64,000 bases of DNA from Blastocatellia bacterium (GCA_963765495.1 CAVXWP010000012.1:64001-128000); one strand, 5' to 3'. Shown: positions 18,279 through 27,708, numbered from the stretch's first letter. Numbers and translations are program-made. The notes: a model not told the origin generated them from the letters alone.

Positions 18279-18663
18279 AAGCAAGTGGCAGATTCGCCTG
18301 GCAGCGTTGTCTATTTTCGTGATCGGCTTTGTGGCGGGCGCTCTGGCCTTGAATCTTTATAATCATACTCGGCGCGGGCCGGGATCTCCGCCGAGAGGGT
18401 TTTACGGGCCAGTGCTTGACCGCCTAGACCTCAACGACGAACAGAAAGATCAGGTCGAAAAGATACTGGCCGACACGCGCGGGCAGTTGATGGAGGTTCG
18501 CAAACAGTCGCAACCCCAGTTTGAAGAGATCAGGAAACAGACCGACGAAAAATTAAAGACCGTGCTCACGCCGGAGCAGTGGGAGCAGTTTCAGCAGACT
18601 ATAAGCGAAAGAAGAGAGCGACGGCACCACGGCAGAAGAGGGAAACAATCAGATAAGGACTGA
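18262..18663 (+). CDS. Periplasmic heavy-metal-sensor/Spy-like protein
   Basis: N-terminal TM; LDLNDEQK and VLTPEQW motifs. Confidence 0.78.
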   Translation: MESTSKSKWQIRLAALSIFVIGFVAGALALNLYNHTRRGPGSPPRGFYGPVLDRLDLNDEQKDQVEKILADTRGQLMEVRKQSQPQFEEIRKQTDEKLKTVLTPEQWEQFQQTISERRERRHHGRRGKQSDKD

Positions 18664-18712
18664 AAGAGATTAACTGCCGGGTGTTGACTATCCCGGCAGT
18701 TAATCTCTTTCA
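18661..18712 (+). terminator. 21-bp stem hairpin terminator
   Basis: TGAAAGAGATTAACTGCCGGG/CCCGGCAGTTAATCTCTTTCA. Confidence 0.8.
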
Positions 18713-18982
18713 CTTTTGTCAATCTGAGATTTGGGATTTGTGCTCTCAGATTATGAGCCAGTTTGAGCTAACCCGACCCAAACTGCGCCCTTCTGTGTGC
18801 GGCTGCTATTTGCCTTTGTTCAAATTCCCTTTCGGTATTATATCCAACAAACGACACCCGGCAGAGGTCGTCCGACCTCTATCTCAAGAAATTGTCCACA
18901 ATCCAATTGGGACCGCTTATTCTTACACAAGCCGCGCTTTTGTGTTAGCATGTGGTCGCCTCGCTTGTGATTTAGTGCCGGC

Positions 18983-19990
18983 ATGTATGGCTTGAATGAG
19001 CGCCCGAGAAGAATAATGACCGTAGAAGAGTTTCAAAAGGCCTTTCGCTCAGAAATAGATGAAGCACTGGCACGCATCGAGCGTCGCTACAGCGTCAGCG
19101 ACGATGAGATGGCTTGCGCTCTGCACGCGTCGTCCAGAAAATATCTGTCCGGTGTGATTGAAGAAACGACCCCTAACCCCGGCCCGACGGAGGCGGCACG
19201 CGAGGCGGCAAGGGATTACCTTTCATCGCTCAACTCGAATGATCTCTGCCTGGCAGTAGCCTGCGCAAAAGGGGATGACGCGGCCTGGGAGGATTTCTTT
19301 CGCGACTACCGGAGTTACATGCTCGCCACCGCGCGCACGATGACACAGGACCCTTCGGCAGCCGAGCAACTGGCCGATTCAACCTTTGCCGAACTCTACG
19401 GATTGCGCGAATCGGGCGGCGAGCGGGTAAGCAAATTCTCGTTTTATTCGGGACGGGGCTCTCTTCGCGGATGGCTGCGCGCAGTCGTATATCAGCTATC
19501 AGCAGATATGCACAGGCAGACGAGTCGATTCGTGCAGACCGAAGAACCCGAAGACCTCGACCGCATGGCGCGAGCCAGCCTTGCGCCCGAACGCGCCACA
19601 AATACCGAAGTCGCATTTATAAAAGAACGCTATCGCGTGTCGGTCGCCGATTCGCTCGGGCGCGCTATCGCGGAACTTGAAGCCCGAGAGCGGCTGCTGC
19701 TGGTCTACTACTACTATGATGAGATGACTCTGCGAGAGATCGGACAGCTTTTCAAGGTGCACGAAGCGACCATCAGCCGGTGGCTGGCAAAGGTGCAGAA
19801 GCGCGTGCGAAAGCTTGTGGAAAAAAGCCTTGCTCGCGATCACCGTTTCAACCGGCGAGAAGTGAACGAGGCGATTCAACTGGCGGCCGAACAGATGGAC
19901 ATCAATGTTCGCGCATATCTTTTTGATAAGACATCACCGGAGCGCGAGGAAACCGCCGAAAGAGCGGGGGAGGCCGTCGCGCAACGCTGA
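18983..19990 (+). CDS. ECF-type sigma-70 factor with N-terminal extension (DLxLAxAC type)
   Basis: NDLCLAVACAKGD, YSGRGSLRGWLRAV and region 4 TLREIGQLFKVHEATISRW; the start may be 19016. Confidence 0.88.
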   Translation: MYGLNERPRRIMTVEEFQKAFRSEIDEALARIERRYSVSDDEMACALHASSRKYLSGVIEETTPNPGPTEAAREAARDYLSSLNSNDLCLAVACAKGDDAAWEDFFRDYRSYMLATARTMTQDPSAAEQLADSTFAELYGLRESGGERVSKFSFYSGRGSLRGWLRAVVYQLSADMHRQTSRFVQTEEPEDLDRMARASLAPERATNTEVAFIKERYRVSVADSLGRAIAELEARERLLLVYYYYDEMTLREIGQLFKVHEATISRWLAKVQKRVRKLVEKSLARDHRFNRREVNEAIQLAAEQMDINVRAYLFDKTSPEREETAERAGEAVAQR

Positions 19991-20053
19991 CCGAAAAAAC
20001 AACGCAAGTAAGGCGGTCGGCGGCGTTCTCTTGGAGGAGAAAAACCAGAAGCA

Positions 20054-21313
20054 ATGAAGACGTTTTTCAGCACGAAAGATCGAAAGATAGACAATCTGCT
20101 TCGCTCTCATATCAGTGAGCGGCGCGGTTCGGAACCACGTTGCGGGGAATTTGACCCCGATCTGGCCAACTCATATATAGAGCAATTGTTGACACCCGCC
20201 GAAAACGCGCGTTTCGAAAGCCACATCGCCGGCTGCCATCCCTGCCGTAAGAGCGTGGTGACGCTGGCGCGTCTGGCTGACCCTATCCCTGTCGCGTCGA
20301 GTCACCTGATCGCCTCCGCAGAAAGGCAAGGACGGGTGGCAGGATTCAAGGGTCTGCTGACGACTCTTGCCACACCGCGAATGGCGCTTACTGCTACGGC
20401 TGTTATGGTGCTGGCCATAAGCATCCCGCTCGCGCTTTCGCGCAGAGACGGATCGACAGATCGCGCAATGCAGGCTTCTTCTGAGACGGCGATAGCAGAA
20501 GGACAAGAGCGGTCAAATAATGAGGCTCCGGTCAATTCATCTTCAGCCGATTTGGAGGGAAATATTGCCTCCACCGATACTTCACAACCTGCGTCCGCCG
20601 AAAGACAGGCATCAAGGGTTGCACAGGGCACTGTTGCGGAAGCAGGGCAACCGGCACCGCTCGCGCCGCCCGAAACTCAGCTAATCGAAGCCCGCAATGT
20701 CTCTGAGAGCAAAGATGAGGTTGTAGCAGGTGCGCCTGCCGGTGTTCAGATGGACGGCGAACAACCGCCTGCGCCTGCGCCCCCACAGACAGCCAAAAAG
20801 CAGGAAGAGCTTCCGCGTATTGATTCGGCTCAAGCCTTGCAGGTTCCTCAGAAAGATAAAGACTCCACATATTTGAGTCTGATTCAACCCGGACGCACAA
20901 CAGGCGAGCAGAAGCGTGAGACCGATGCCACGATAAGACCTGATGCTGCCGCTCCCCCCCCGGAATCTGTCGCATCAGAGCGCGCGGACCGCCGAGGAAT
21001 AGCCAGTCCCACGCCCGGCAATGCCTTGCGCGATGTGAATACGGCCCGCTCGTCGCGCGCGCGCGATTTGCCGGGACGCAAAGTTGCCGGCAAACGATTT
21101 TATCTGATGAAGGACATCTGGACCGACAAGGATTACAACCCGAGCAAAGAACGCCCGGAGGTCACGATCATCCGCGATAGCGATATCTACAATGAGATGC
21201 TTACAAAGAACAATGGTTTAAGGCTATTTTTCACAAACTTTGCAAAAGATGAGCGAGTAATAGTCGTTTACAAAGGAACGGTCTACAAGCTCATCCCGCA
21301 AGAAAACAAATAG
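20054..21313 (+). CDS. zf-HC2 anti-sigma factor with TM, low-complexity linker and C-terminal domain
   Basis: HIAGCHPC; TM helix; C-terminal KVAGKRFYL..IWTDKDY. Confidence 0.82.
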   Translation: MKTFFSTKDRKIDNLLRSHISERRGSEPRCGEFDPDLANSYIEQLLTPAENARFESHIAGCHPCRKSVVTLARLADPIPVASSHLIASAERQGRVAGFKGLLTTLATPRMALTATAVMVLAISIPLALSRRDGSTDRAMQASSETAIAEGQERSNNEAPVNSSSADLEGNIASTDTSQPASAERQASRVAQGTVAEAGQPAPLAPPETQLIEARNVSESKDEVVAGAPAGVQMDGEQPPAPAPPQTAKKQEELPRIDSAQALQVPQKDKDSTYLSLIQPGRTTGEQKRETDATIRPDAAAPPPESVASERADRRGIASPTPGNALRDVNTARSSRARDLPGRKVAGKRFYLMKDIWTDKDYNPSKERPEVTIIRDSDIYNEMLTKNNGLRLFFTNFAKDERVIVVYKGTVYKLIPQENK

Positions 21314-21459
21314 GCCCGTCCGGCGTAGAGTTGCAACTCTGCGCCGGCCTCCCCCCTCCTTTCAGCCTCGCTCACCTAAACACAATTTTTGAGTATAATC
21401 GCTTTATGATTCTTCAAATCGCGTCTTAACAGGCAGGTTCTTGATTTCGGGGAGGCTCT

Positions 21460-21918
21460 ATGAAGACAAAAAGATTTGTGAAACAATCGGAAGTTGAAGC
21501 ACCACACGAAAGAGTCTTCGCTTTTCACGAACGGCCCGACGCACTTGAAGTTCTCACGCCGCCCTGGGAGCGGGTCGAAGTTCTCGAGTGCTCAGATGGT
21601 ATACATCCCGGCAGCCGTGTTGTCATCAAGATGCATATAGGTCCTTTCTCGCGGCTCTGGATCGCAGAGCACACGGAATATGTGCCAAACCTCCTCTTTG
21701 CGGATATGCAAAAGAAGGGGCCGTTTGCCTACTGGTATCACAGACATCGATTCGAGCCGACCGAGCGCGGGACTACGATGATGACGGATGATGTTGAGTA
21801 CGCGCTGCCGATGGGACGCATAGCAGAGTTGATCGCGGGCAGTTTCGTCGAGGCAAAACTGGAACGCATGTTTGATTACCGCCATAATGTGGTGGCTGAA
21901 CAAATGCGCCGTCATTGA
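21460..21918 (+). CDS. SRPBCC/polyketide-cyclase family protein
   Basis: VFAFH...LTPPW, WIAEHTEY, KGPFAYWYHRHRF and MFDYRH motifs. Confidence 0.88.
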   Translation: MKTKRFVKQSEVEAPHERVFAFHERPDALEVLTPPWERVEVLECSDGIHPGSRVVIKMHIGPFSRLWIAEHTEYVPNLLFADMQKKGPFAYWYHRHRFEPTERGTTMMTDDVEYALPMGRIAELIAGSFVEAKLERMFDYRHNVVAEQMRRH

Positions 21919-22048
21919 TCGAACAATAAAAGAGGAAGCCGTATCTTGCGCAGGAGAAATTGCATCGACATGATTTATGTCTCTTCCGGCAAACCAGTGA
22001 GAAAACCTATTGATGTTCTCAAAGTGAATTTCCGCTTTCTCGTATGTG

Positions 22049-22077
22049 TTGATGTACCTATCAAATTGATGTAGTAT
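22049..22077 (+). promoter_or_regulatory. Putative sigma70 promoter
   Basis: TTGATG-N17-TAGTAT immediately before a structured leader. Confidence 0.55.
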
Positions 22078-22078
22078 G

Positions 22079-22220
22079 ATGGGCCGGTCCCGCAAGGGTA
22101 TCGGCCCATTTATGTTACTTGGCCACCGGTGGGCTAAATTCGACCGCAAGCGAAGATACCGGTCGCGCATCGAAGCTCGGTTCCACCGCTCTGATCCCGC
22201 CTGCTTAATGGTTTCAGGCA
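22079..22220 (+). ncRNA. Candidate structured 5' leader RNA of the STAS gene
   Basis: Hairpin ATGGGCCG..CCC-GCAA-GGG..CGGCCCAT; nested stems CGGTGG/CCACCG and CGACCG/CGGTCG; GCCTG/CAGGC. Confidence 0.4.
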
Positions 22221-22234
22221 CGAGTTAAACGATT

Positions 22235-22594
22235 ATGATGAGACGTCCTACTAAAGTAATCAGCCGACAGGTAGATTCTGTCCGAATTATAAAAGTCACA
22301 GGTCGATTGGATCCGGGCGATGGGCCTGATCCGCTTTCTGATCTTGTTCAGGAGTTTGTAGCTGAGGACGAGATCAACTTCCTGCTTGATCTCAGAAGCG
22401 TTACCTATATCAGTAGCACAGGGGTCGGAAGCCTGATCAAATGCTACCGCTCGGTCCTGAAGAAGAAGGGCCTGGTCAAATTGCTCTCACCCTCTCAGTC
22501 GGTAATGAATATACTGGCTATCTCGAAGCTTGATGGTGTGTTCGAAATTTTCTCAGATGAAAAGACCGCGCTCGACAGTTTCAAGGGGAAATAG
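22235..22594 (+). CDS. STAS-domain anti-sigma-factor antagonist
   Basis: LLDLRSVTYISSTGVG (phospho-Ser region), ISKLDGVFEIF. Confidence 0.9.
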   Translation: MMRRPTKVISRQVDSVRIIKVTGRLDPGDGPDPLSDLVQEFVAEDEINFLLDLRSVTYISSTGVGSLIKCYRSVLKKKGLVKLLSPSQSVMNILAISKLDGVFEIFSDEKTALDSFKGK

Positions 22595-22613
22595 GTCGGA
22601 TTAAGAATCTGGA

Positions 22614-22835
22614 CTAAAAATCTGGCGGCCTTTTATCTCTCTTGGGATGCGGTTTATCGCCTTTACCCTTAGGCTCTTTATCCCTAACAACAGGTGGTCC
22701 GGGCGGGTCTTTTTTGTCTTTCTTTTTGTCGTTGTCTTTCTTTTGTGCATACAGATCAAAACCCTGCGCCGAGACTGTGCCGAGCGAGGTTACTCCAAAG
22801 AGGGCTATTGTTATGGCTAAAACTAACTTCTTCAT
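22614..22835 (-). CDS. Small secreted K/D/P-rich protein
   Basis: Clear signal peptide (MKKLVLAITIALF...SAQ), then a charged low-complexity tail. Confidence 0.7.
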   Translation of the reverse strand: MKKLVLAITIALFGVTSLGTVSAQGFDLYAQKKDNDKKKDKKDPPGPPVVRDKEPKGKGDKPHPKRDKRPPDF

Positions 22836-22851
22836 TTGATCGCGCCCGTCC

Positions 22852-23073
22852 TTACTGCTTTCGTCTGTGCGTATCGCCGTCGGAGCGCCGGCCGTCAGAA
22901 TTGTCTCTGTTATCCGATCTATCGCGCTCTCTCTTTTCGACTATAACGATCTGCACCTTATCTTTTTTCTGTTTCTTGTCAGCTGGAGCCTGTCCTGCCT
23001 GGGCCAGAGCCCCTGTGCAGATTGTGCCTAAAAGAATACCACTCAATACCAGCTTGTGAAACCGTATTTTCAT
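22852..23073 (-). CDS. Small secreted K/R/D-rich protein
   Basis: Signal peptide (ALAQ cleavage); GAGG SD; in tandem with the gene at 22614-22835. Confidence 0.7.
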   Translation of the reverse strand: MKIRFHKLVLSGILLGTICTGALAQAGQAPADKKQKKDKVQIVIVEKRERDRSDNRDNSDGRRSDGDTHRRKQ

Positions 23074-23122
23074 TTCGGCCCTCTATCCTGAGGCAGTTCC
23101 CTCCAAGACGGCTTATATTAGG

Positions 23123-23138
23123 GCAACTACCATTCCAA
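23123..23138 (-). promoter_or_regulatory. Putative sigma54 promoter
   Basis: Minus strand TTGGAAT-GGTAG-TTGC (GG-N10-GC), 50 nt upstream of the 23073 start. Confidence 0.6.
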
Positions 23139-23489
23139 AACGCGATTATCCATTCAAATACTGCAATACTTCAAGTTAGCTGTTATAAAGACATTAAAAT
23201 CAGATCATTAACGCACCCTTTCGGTCTAGGATCACACGTTTTAGTGCAAAATTGTGATGCCCGGAGTCAAATGGGCGTTGTAGGCAAGGGAATGATTTCG
23301 GGGGATAGAACTGTTGTTAGAAAGGGCAAAGCAATAGAATGGCAGGCTACGAAAGTCGATCCGATGCTTGCTCTGCGTGGTGAGTAAGCAGTGGATTAAT
23401 GCCATCCGTATAGTCTTACAATTTGCCGGGAAGATAGCCTGCTCAATATGACTCTTCATTTTCCTGCAATGAAAAATTTCTTTTCGTGT

Positions 23490-23516
23490 TGTCGATCTAA
23501 AGGTCTCTCGTTCGAC
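23490..23516 (+). promoter_or_regulatory. Putative ECF42-type promoter
   Basis: TGTCGA-N17-CGAC upstream of a DGPF gene, matching the motif described for ECF42 targets. Confidence 0.7.
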
Positions 23517-23599
23517 TTAATAGTAGAGCAAGGGTTAACGCCCGGACGTGATTGTCTGGAAACCCGGCTTCAAATCGATAACTGGAAGGAGAAATTACA

Positions 23600-24028
23600 A
23601 TGCGAGTTATGGTTCTAATCAAGGCTAACAAAGATTCAGAGGCGGGCGTTCTCCCGGATGAGAAGCTTATTTCCGAGATGATGGAATACAACGAAGAACT
23701 GGTGAAAGCAGGGGTGATGCTTGCCGGCGAGGGGCTCTACCCAAGCTCAAAGGGCGCGCGCGTCAAGTTTTCGGAGGGCAAAGCGACTGTGATTGACGGC
23801 CCCTTTATCGAAACAAAGGAGTTGATTGCCGGGTACTGGCTATGGCAGGTAAAGTCTATGGAAGAAGCTATTGAGTGGGTCAAGCGATGCCCTTCCCCGG
23901 AGGGCGAAACCGAAGGCGAGATCGAGATTCGCCAGATATTTGAGGCTGAGGACTTTGGGGCCGAATTTACATCCGAGCTAAGGGAGAAAGAAGCGCGTCT
24001 GCGCGCGGAGATAGAGGCAAGGAAGTAA
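23600..24028 (+). CDS. YciI-like DGPF-domain protein
   Basis: YNEELVKAGVMLAGEGL and VIDGPFIETKELIAGYW motifs. Confidence 0.93.
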   Translation: MRVMVLIKANKDSEAGVLPDEKLISEMMEYNEELVKAGVMLAGEGLYPSSKGARVKFSEGKATVIDGPFIETKELIAGYWLWQVKSMEEAIEWVKRCPSPEGETEGEIEIRQIFEAEDFGAEFTSELREKEARLRAEIEARK

Positions 24029-24084
24029 TCGTTGCCCCCTCGACAAGTATTGATAAACTGCCTGTTTTTGTTAGAGACACAGAA

Positions 24085-24122
24085 GCCGACACTCAAAGAC
24101 CCTTTCGGGTTTGAGTGTCGGC
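24085..24122. terminator. Hairpin terminator
   Basis: GCCGACACTCAAA/TTTGAGTGTCGGC. Confidence 0.7.
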
Positions 24123-24616
24123 AACAGATCAAAACTTACCCCCCCCCTACCGTGATTGAGATACCTCGCGACAAATACAACGACCATTGCAGGTCGGCAG
24201 TTTGAGCCACGGGAACGCTCTTTCGAATGGCGCGTTTTGCAAGTACTTTGGCACGAGCTGCTGGTGATTCGGCAGGGGAGATTGGTTAGAATTACGATGT
24301 GATCAACGAGATCACAGAGCAGCCCTCGACGAGGGTATTTGATAAGGCAGTTTTTCGGAGATCAGAGAAATGACTGCTACTAAAGCTTATATCGCGTCGT
24401 TTGGAACCCGATATCATCGACGTACATCTGCAACAGCCCATCCATGCTCTTCAGGTTCTACCCCTGCATTATCCAGGTCACAATCTATGCAGTGCCAGAT
24501 TAAAGGCGTTTCCACATATTTCTAAAGTATCTTTCTAAGGTATCCTGGCAATGATTGCACTTGGCCGATAAACTACTGCTTTCTTCACCCCACAAAACGT
24601 TGATGAGGAGGTGCGC

Positions 24617-26329
24617 ATGCGCGATCTAACTTGCTATCTAATCTTTGGCATGTTTATGGCAATATTTCCCCGTACGGCTGCGCATACCAATGTGAAGCTA
24701 CTGCCCACACCGCAAAAGTTTTGCACTTTCTACACAAATGAGGATGCCAGGATTCCTCTCAGCATCCGAAAGCAACTTTCAGAACCTCGGCAAACGGCAC
24801 AAAGTGGAAGCATCCGCTGGACATTAAAGCCCGATGCCTTAATTCGCAATTCGTTCCCTCAAACGCGGCTTTCATACGAAGACGGGTTACCCGTAGGCGG
24901 TCTAAGCGCAATGGCAATTGCCACCGACGGAGCAGTATGGGCCGGAGGCGACGAGGGGCTCGTCCGGTACCAGAATAAAACCCATCCGTGGGATAGATGG
25001 CAGTACTTTGCCGGAAAACGCTATTTGCCGTCCGACAAGGTTATCTCTTTGACCGCAGGGAAAGCCGGGTCTGTATGGGTTCAAACATCGGCGGGAGTGA
25101 CTCACATAGAGTTTCGCCCCAAGACGCTTGCCGAAAAGGCGGCGTTTTTTGAGCAAAGAATAGCCGAGCGGCACAAGCGACATAATCTTGTAGCAGATTC
25201 TGTTTTTCAAGAGCCGGGCAATCCAGCCACAAGCCATCAATACCCAACCGATAACGATGGCCTGTGGACTGCAATCTACGTGGCGGCAGAGGCCTTTCGA
25301 TATGCCGTTACTTCGGGTCGTGAGGCGCTTGATTCCATGCGTCGGTCAACGGAGGCCATGCTCCGGCTTGAGGCAATAACCGGACGACCCGGTTTTCCTG
25401 CGCGATCATTCAGACACAAAGACGAGCCCAGGCATAAAGACGGCATCTGGCACTTCACCCCGGATGGTGAATGGGAGTGGAAGGCGGACACAAGCTCGGA
25501 TGAGATAGTCGGCCACTTCTTCGCATACTCTGTCGTCTATGACCTGACAGCAGACGAAAATTTAAAGAAGGAACTGCGCGAGGCTGTCTCTAAAATCGCG
25601 GATCATCTGATAGATCATCATTACAATCTGACCGATCTTGATGACGAGCCTACCAGATGGGGGCGCTACGATCCTGCCTACTTTGAAACCGACGACGGGC
25701 GAGAAGAAAGGGCGCTACGCTCGCTTGAACTGCTTTCGCATTTGAAGGTCGCGTATCATATGACCGGGAACCCTCGCTTTGATAAGGAGTACCGGAAACT
25801 AATAGGCGAGATGGGGTACCACAAAAACACAACCACGTATTTGAAGCTTCGCCAGGAACTTAATTATTCCGATGAAGAGCTTGCGATGCTTTCTTATTAC
25901 CCGCTTTTCCGGTACGAAAAAGACCCGGCGCTGTTGCGGGTTTATCGCGAAGGATTAGAGCAGTGGTGGGTGAACATTCAACGCGAAGGCAACCCCCTGT
26001 GGATCTTTATCTATGGCGTGTGTAATCCGGGCAAGCGCGTGCCGCTTGAGGCTGCTGCGCGCACTCTTTACCGAATTCCGATGGATATGATCAAGTGGTC
26101 CGTAAAGAACTCTCACCGGCGTGATGTGCCGCTCGATAATTCGGCTGAGCGATTTAATCGCGTGCAAAGCTCTCGTCTTCTGCCGCCGGATGAGCGGCGG
26201 ATAATGAGGTGGAACAGCAATCCGTTTCAGCTTGACGACGCCTCGTCAGGAAGGGGGGAAGATGACGGCGCATTCTATTTATTACCTTACTGGATGGGCC
26301 GGTACCATAAATTTCTCATAGGCGAATAA
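24617..26329 (+). CDS. Uncharacterised secreted protein: short beta-propeller repeats plus probable (alpha/alpha)-barrel glycosidase-like domain
   Basis: Signal peptide; DGAVWAGGDEGL / YLPSDKV propeller repeats; acidic motifs DNDGLWT, WKADTSSDE and NYSDEEL. Confidence 0.7.
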   Translation: MRDLTCYLIFGMFMAIFPRTAAHTNVKLLPTPQKFCTFYTNEDARIPLSIRKQLSEPRQTAQSGSIRWTLKPDALIRNSFPQTRLSYEDGLPVGGLSAMAIATDGAVWAGGDEGLVRYQNKTHPWDRWQYFAGKRYLPSDKVISLTAGKAGSVWVQTSAGVTHIEFRPKTLAEKAAFFEQRIAERHKRHNLVADSVFQEPGNPATSHQYPTDNDGLWTAIYVAAEAFRYAVTSGREALDSMRRSTEAMLRLEAITGRPGFPARSFRHKDEPRHKDGIWHFTPDGEWEWKADTSSDEIVGHFFAYSVVYDLTADENLKKELREAVSKIADHLIDHHYNLTDLDDEPTRWGRYDPAYFETDDGREERALRSLELLSHLKVAYHMTGNPRFDKEYRKLIGEMGYHKNTTTYLKLRQELNYSDEELAMLSYYPLFRYEKDPALLRVYREGLEQWWVNIQREGNPLWIFIYGVCNPGKRVPLEAAARTLYRIPMDMIKWSVKNSHRRDVPLDNSAERFNRVQSSRLLPPDERRIMRWNSNPFQLDDASSGRGEDDGAFYLLPYWMGRYHKFLIGE

Positions 26330-26403
26330 GGCCCTGAGAAGAGAGAAGTGCAGGAGTTTGAGGATAGACCCAATTCCGCCATAAAAACGATCTGGAGGCC
26401 ATT

Positions 26404-27708
26404 TCAAGCCTCCAGACGTGGCCGCTCGGCGCGGTTCATCTGTTTTATTTCGATCAAACGGTCATCGGCCCGCAGCAACTCATCGATGTTGCTCTGTATT
26501 TTCATAATGGCTTCGACAATCTGATCTACATCCTCTTCGCTTCCAAGCAGCACTTGATGCGGAATCCAGACCGATTCCCGATAGGCGGCGCGTTCAGAAA
26601 TCGGACAGTGGGTTTTCGCCCACGGTAAATCGTTACTGCTTTGACTTGCGAGCGCGGGAAAATCTCGCGGATCAACGTGAAAAAGCACACTCCGATAGAC
26701 AGGTTCATAAAACAGCCCATCCGAAGGGATGCCTTCGGCCTCAAGCGCCGCAACGAACCTGTCACGAGGTGCTCCGGAAAAAGCCTCCGCATCATACTTG
26801 AAAACGAATTGATAGATGGCCTGTGTCGTCAGTCGTTCATCTTTTCTAAGCAGCGAAATGCCGGGGACACTCGCCAGCCCTTCCGAAAGCCTCTTTGCGC
26901 GCGATGCGCGCAGTTCTGTCTGTTCGGGCAGCCGGTCAAGTTGAGCAAGCAGGATAGCGGCCTGAAATTCCGTCATTCGATAATTGTATCCGAGCATGCG
27001 ATGCTTAAAGCGGTCTGTTTGACTCGCTCGTCCGCAATTCACGTAAGACTGGCAACGCTCAAAAATTTCATCATCGCCGGTTGTGACCGCGCCACCTTCA
27101 CCTGCGGTCATAAGCTTTGTTGTTTGCATGCTGAATGAGCCGGCATCGCCAAATGAGCCCGCGCCTTTATTGCGCCATTTGGCTCCGTGAGCGTGCGCGC
27201 AATCTTCGATGATCTTCAAGCCGCACCGTGCGGCAAGCTCGGCGAGTGCGTCCATATCAGCCATGCTCATTGCGAGGTGAACCGGAATCATCGCTCGCGT
27301 ACGAGAGGTGACTGCCGCCGCCGCCGCCGCCGCGTCGATGCAGTATGTGTCCGGCAATACGTCCACGAAGACCGGGACCCCGCCAAGTTTGAGTACGGGC
27401 GCGGCCGAGGCTTCAAATGTATATGCCGGAACGATGACCTCATCGCCCGGTTTGAGGTCGATTGCCTTGAGCGCGATCTCGAGCGTGACCGTTCCGTTTG
27501 CCGCGCACAGGGCGTGTTTTGCGTCCTGATATTGGGCAAACCGCTCGCTGAAAAGCTCGGCCCGCTGATTCGGGAAAGGGTAGCCGCCCCAGTTGCGGCT
27601 CTCTAAAACCTCCATGACGGCCCGTTTCTCTCTATCATCAAACTGCGGCCATTCAGTGAAGGGCTTCGTCCTCACAGGAGCGCCTCCGGCAATTGCGAGT
27701 TTGGCCAT
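26404..27708 (-). CDS. DegT/DnrJ/EryC1/StrS PLP aminotransferase, AHBA-synthase / inosose-aminotransferase-like
   Basis: ANGTVTL, IIEDCAHAHGA, SFSMQTTKLMTAGEGG (PLP Lys) and GYNYRMTEFQAAIL. Confidence 0.9.
   Translation of the reverse strand: MAKLAIAGGAPVRTKPFTEWPQFDDREKRAVMEVLESRNWGGYPFPNQRAELFSERFAQYQDAKHALCAANGTVTLEIALKAIDLKPGDEVIVPAYTFEASAAPVLKLGGVPVFVDVLPDTYCIDAAAAAAAVTSRTRAMIPVHLAMSMADMDALAELAARCGLKIIEDCAHAHGAKWRNKGAGSFGDAGSFSMQTTKLMTAGEGGAVTTGDDEIFERCQSYVNCGRASQTDRFKHRMLGYNYRMTEFQAAILLAQLDRLPEQTELRASRAKRLSEGLASVPGISLLRKDERLTTQAIYQFVFKYDAEAFSGAPRDRFVAALEAEGIPSDGLFYEPVYRSVLFHVDPRDFPALASQSSNDLPWAKTHCPISERAAYRESVWIPHQVLLGSEEDVDQIVEAIMKIQSNIDELLRADDRLIEIKQMNRAERPRLEA

Noticed and set aside
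22125-22190. c-di-GMP-I riboswitch (GGCTAAA...GCAA)
   Set aside because: The GACGCAAAG junction and P2 receptor are not recognisable; kept only as an unknown structured leader.
24248-24265. TTGGCACG sigma54-like site
   Set aside because: No GC at the required GG-N10-GC spacing.
24130-24600. Possible degraded gene in a long intergenic gap
   Set aside because: Only short frames with no family I can recognise; would need BLASTX.
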